64,000 nt of DNA, from the NCBI GenBank assembly GCA_043814765.1, contig JBDRJQ010000029.1, positions 1-64,000 of the forward strand, written 5' to 3'. This document shows positions 60,475-64,000 of the stretch, piece by piece; within the stretch, counting starts at the first letter, position 1, and each line of letters starts with the position of its first letter. Source of the stretch: Nanobdellota archaeon. GTDB lineage: Archaea > Aenigmatarchaeota > Aenigmatarchaeia > QMZP01. The notes beneath the pieces were generated by a model. That model made no database searches. It worked only from the letters and a program-made list of their open reading frames with translations, and was not told the DNA's origin. The translations under genes and the position numbers were made by a program.

Positions 60475-61338
60475 ATGAAAAATATTCTTTTCGCAGGGAT
60501 TTTATTCATATTTGCATTTTCTATAATCGGCAGTGTTTCTGCAGTTCAAGATGACCCGTGCGATACATCCAACCCGGAAGGGTATGGCTGCATGCGCCTT
60601 GAGTGGATATGCTGGGATGCACCTTTTATTAATATATTTATAGATACAACTTGCTATAGCAGTCGTCTTGGTCCAGACGCGTTGAAAGGTATTGGGCATC
60701 CAGATTCAGACTGCAAAAACCTAACACCTCTTATGTGTTACAATGATAACGGAGTAGCGACACACCAAGCGCGCATGTATCTTGATTGTGATGATTGCGA
60801 AGTCATTAAAGGGTGCTGTTACGGCAAAGAGCCAGGATTTTACCCACGTTTTATTGGGTTTACAACTGAAGAAAAATGCAGAGACTTCGGAGAATACTAT
60901 TCCTGGAGCAAAGATTGCAAAGGAGCTGACTGCTTTCAATATTCTCTTTGTGAAAGTGATGATGTTATAGTATACGGAGATGAAAATTGCATAAAACATT
61001 ATGTAAGTTGTTCAGAGATAGCTGAAGGCGTTGATTCACCACATTGTGAACAAATAACCGGTAATAGTGCAGAATGCCGATGTGATCCAGGTATTTACAA
61101 AACAGCTGACAGCGAAGAAATAAGAATTGGATTTGATTGTAGAAGGGTTCCTATCTTACGATCTTTGCCGCGGCCCATTTCACCAACATCGGGCTGGGGT
61201 GTAGGACCGTTTATTGATGCGCTTCCGCAGATAAGCATCATCGTCATAGCGGCGCTTGCATGCTTGTTTGTCTATGTTATGACGACTGGAAAGTTTGTAA
61301 AGCGTCATACCAAAAGGAAGGGCAAAAGGAAGAAGTAA
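60475..61338 (+). CDS. Cys-rich secreted protein with GPF-TM-basic tail (paralog 2)
   Basis: Tandem duplicate with an extra Cys module. Confidence 0.87.
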   Translation: MKNILFAGILFIFAFSIIGSVSAVQDDPCDTSNPEGYGCMRLEWICWDAPFINIFIDTTCYSSRLGPDALKGIGHPDSDCKNLTPLMCYNDNGVATHQARMYLDCDDCEVIKGCCYGKEPGFYPRFIGFTTEEKCRDFGEYYSWSKDCKGADCFQYSLCESDDVIVYGDENCIKHYVSCSEIAEGVDSPHCEQITGNSAECRCDPGIYKTADSEEIRIGFDCRRVPILRSLPRPISPTSGWGVGPFIDALPQISIIVIAALACLFVYVMTTGKFVKRHTKRKGKRKK

Positions 61339-61355
61339 AGTTTTAAATGGAAGGT

Positions 61356-63707
61356 TTAAAATCTGAGAACTTTAGTTGCTTCATCAGATTCCTTTTTTCT
61401 TTCAAGTTTGTAGAAATGTCCTGTGACACCTTCGCTAATTCGTTCTTCATGTGTAATTAGAAAGACCTGGTTTGCGAAGTTGTGTATTTTTTCTCTCAGT
61501 ATGCTGGCGAATTGCATGATTGCATTCTGATCTAAATTATGAGTTGGTTCATCTAAGATGAGCCATTTAAGGTTTGGTATGAAAGCCATTGAAAAGGCAA
61601 TGCGCAAAGCGAGACAAGCAAGCGAGCGTTCTCCGCCAGATACTGTTCCTTCTACATTGACCCAGCCTTCGCTTGTTTTTAATTGCAGTGAGTAATCTCC
61701 GCTCTCTATGAAAAACTGTATCTCTTTGAAATCTCCATAAGGATAAAGATCTTCCCAGATTTCGTTCATTAAATTATTAACAGTCTTCAGGAACTCTTCC
61801 CTTAATTGGTCCTGTGTTGCTCTCAGAACTGTTATGAAAGTATCAAGATTATTGGCTATTCTCCAATCATCGGTTATCTCTTTCTGATATTTCTTCATCA
61901 TGTTATATTCGCTTTCAATTTCAGAAAGCCTTGCTTGTTTTTCTTTTAATAAATCATCTATAGAAGATATCTTTACGTATAATTCTGCTTCCCTTGCCAA
62001 AGCTTCTTTGTGGCGTTTCTTAATTTCATTTATTTCAATGCTCTTTATTGAGTTGTCTATCAGAGCTTTCTCCTCTATTAATCTTCTAGATTTTTTAATG
62101 TTTTCTTTGATTTTGCTCTCAACTTCATCAAACTTTTCTACAAGCTCTGAAATGTTTTTGGCTTCTATAAATTTCTCCCTCATTAAAACAACATTATCTT
62201 CGTCTTTCTTTATGGTTGATTCAACTGTCTGTATTTTTGCCACGTTGCTCTTTACCAATTCCCTGTGCTTTTTAGCCTTAATTCTGGCATCTTCCAGATC
62301 TTTTTTTACGTTTTCAAAATTCTTGATTCTCTCCTCGATTAGAGCCATTTCTTGTTTATCCTTTTCCAAGGAATATATAACATTCTTCAAATCCTCTATA
62401 ACAATGTTGTTTTTCTCAATATCCGTCTTGAAAGTCTCTATTAGCCCCATTTTCTCCTTCAAAACGTGCTCTCTGTGCTCTTCTGTAAGCTCTCTGGAGC
62501 ATGTTGGACATATAGCTTTCGCGGATTCAAGCTCTGTAATCTGTTTAAGCGCCCCCTCTTGCTTTGCACGCATAGAAGAGATGATTTGGTATAGGGTTTC
62601 CATCTGTTTTTTCTTCTCTTCTATGGATTCCCTTTCAAGCTTGTCTCTTAATTGCTCCAGTTTAGTTCTCTGCTTAAAAACCTCCTGAATCTGTTTTTCC
62701 ATTTCAGGTATCTTCTTTTTCTCCAAATCAGATATTATTGTGTTGGTAGAAGCTGTTTCTTCTCTCATTTTGTTGGCAAAACTCTTGTTATCTGAAATGT
62801 TTTTTTCAAAGAGTTTTATGTCTCTTTCTATGTTTTCTTTCTCTCTAAGTATTCCTTCTACGCTTTTACCTTCTGTCTTTGCTCTTAAATCATTCAAGTT
62901 ATTTTTCATTTCACTAAGCGTTGCCTCAACAGAAGCAATCTCCTTTTCAACAACGTTTAATCTTTCTGTTTTTTTATCGAATTTTGCTATCTGCTCTTCA
63001 AGCTTGTTTTTTGTGTCAGAAAATCTTTTTTTATCAATATCAAAAAGTGATTTTTCCTTTTCCATTTTGCGAACTTTTGTTCTGAGTTCGTTAAGCTTCT
63101 GATCAAGATCCTTCCTCTCAAAATCAGTTAGCATCCTTATCTTCTCCTCGTTTTGATGCATAAGCTTGTTCTTTAGCTTTACCGTACCTTCTCTTGCTAA
63201 TTCAAATCTGTCAACCTTCAACATCTTATCTATTTGCTGCATTCTATTGCCCTTGGGTATCCTGAGGAAGTAGTCTAGACCGTTTTGTTCTGAATAAACT
63301 GCTTTAGAGAATAAATCATAGTCTACCTGCAGAATTCTTTCTATCTCTTTGCTAACAGCAGCTGGGTTAACGTTTAACTGTGTACTGCCTTCTATTATCT
63401 CTGCATGCGTGGTTCCTTTGCCTAATTCTATTCTTCTTATAACAGTGTATTTTTTCCCGGCGTTTTCGAATGTCAATGAAACCTCTGCAGTGCTTTTGTT
63501 TTGAGGTTTTTTCATTATCAAGTCATCAATCTTTATTTTTTTGTTCTGCAGTGCAGGAAACGTACCAAAAAGCGCAAAAGATATTGCCTGCATTATCGAG
63601 CTCTTGCCAGAACCCATGTCTCCAATAATGCAATTTATTCCCTGTGAAAAATCAAAACTAGAATCTAAATGAGATTTCCAGTTCTTCAGAGAAAGGTTTG
63701 TTATCAT
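61356..63707 (-). CDS. rad50: Rad50/SbcC SMC-like ATPase
   Basis: GDMGSGKS, zinc hook CPTC, SGGE, LDEPT, coiled coils. Confidence 0.94.
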   Translation of the reverse strand: MITNLSLKNWKSHLDSSFDFSQGINCIIGDMGSGKSSIMQAISFALFGTFPALQNKKIKIDDLIMKKPQNKSTAEVSLTFENAGKKYTVIRRIELGKGTTHAEIIEGSTQLNVNPAAVSKEIERILQVDYDLFSKAVYSEQNGLDYFLRIPKGNRMQQIDKMLKVDRFELAREGTVKLKNKLMHQNEEKIRMLTDFERKDLDQKLNELRTKVRKMEKEKSLFDIDKKRFSDTKNKLEEQIAKFDKKTERLNVVEKEIASVEATLSEMKNNLNDLRAKTEGKSVEGILREKENIERDIKLFEKNISDNKSFANKMREETASTNTIISDLEKKKIPEMEKQIQEVFKQRTKLEQLRDKLERESIEEKKKQMETLYQIISSMRAKQEGALKQITELESAKAICPTCSRELTEEHREHVLKEKMGLIETFKTDIEKNNIVIEDLKNVIYSLEKDKQEMALIEERIKNFENVKKDLEDARIKAKKHRELVKSNVAKIQTVESTIKKDEDNVVLMREKFIEAKNISELVEKFDEVESKIKENIKKSRRLIEEKALIDNSIKSIEINEIKKRHKEALAREAELYVKISSIDDLLKEKQARLSEIESEYNMMKKYQKEITDDWRIANNLDTFITVLRATQDQLREEFLKTVNNLMNEIWEDLYPYGDFKEIQFFIESGDYSLQLKTSEGWVNVEGTVSGGERSLACLALRIAFSMAFIPNLKWLILDEPTHNLDQNAIMQFASILREKIHNFANQVFLITHEERISEGVTGHFYKLERKKESDEATKVLRF

Positions 63708-63806
63708 AGAAGTAACTTGTAACTAAACAATTTATTACTATTTCTAGTTCTAAATTTATATGGAAGTTAAAACAATTATAATACAATAAATGGAGGGTGA
63801 TATTTA

Positions 63807-63983
63807 ATGGTTGTTTCCCAGCTTTTGGTTATACTAATTGCAGCTTTTGCAGCTCTGGTATTATACGTATTCACGAATCCTGCATCAAGAAGAACATCGT
63901 TTTTAAAATCAACAACTAGAGCATACAAACCAAAAAAGACTGTAAAAATAGTTGCTACAAAGAAAACAAACAAGAAAAAATAA
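63807..63983 (+). CDS. Small TM protein with Lys-rich tail (58 aa, absent from ORF track)
   Basis: SD GGAGGGTGA; MVVSQLLVILIAAFAALVLYVF...KKTNKKK. Confidence 0.65.
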   Translation: MVVSQLLVILIAAFAALVLYVFTNPASRRTSFLKSTTRAYKPKKTVKIVATKKTNKKK

Positions 63984-64000
63984 GACCTTTTGGAACCTTT

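Noticed and set aside
59735..61338. DGR template and variable repeat pair
   Set aside because: Mismatches are not adenine-specific, both copies are coding, and there is no reverse transcriptase in the window.
61900..63102. Long plus-strand ORFs (also 16472, 18665, 42511, 53643)
   Set aside because: Ser/Phe/Leu-rich antisense shadows of Lys/Glu-rich genes.
63776..63973. 65-aa minus-strand ORF
   Set aside because: The overlapping plus-strand ORF 63807-63983 has a strong SD and is more plausible.

Overview
Core chromosomal region of an archaeon. The gene content (FtsZ, Topo VI, class III pilin-like genes, extended and divergent r-proteins) suggests DPANN, possibly Aenigmatarchaeota; this placement is inference. 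1-7150 is an RNA-gene cluster: 3' part of 16S rRNA, tRNA-Ala(UGC), 23S rRNA and RNase P RNA, with two protein genes inside the 16S-23S spacer. I resolved by hand five bulge-helix-bulge (BHB) introns in the rRNAs and four in three tRNAs. The largest 16S intron carries a two-motif LAGLIDADG homing endonuclease broken by one in-frame TGA, whose natural stop codons appear only after intron circularisation. The 23S peptidyl-transferase centre, sarcin-ricin loop, 16S 1400-equivalent, uL3 W-finger and uS12 PNSA loop all deviate from near-universal consensus. The rest holds por genes (no beta subunit), an ABC exporter, a classical lower mevalonate pathway, pilin-like genes, a HerA-like ATPase, Cys-rich surface proteins sharing a GPF-TM-basic tail, topoisomerases, a rearranged r-protein supercluster, Rad50, and a dispersed ~30-bp palindromic repeat that also lies inside a tRNA intron. 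All calls come from motif recognition, without database searches; E. coli numbering is from manual alignment.
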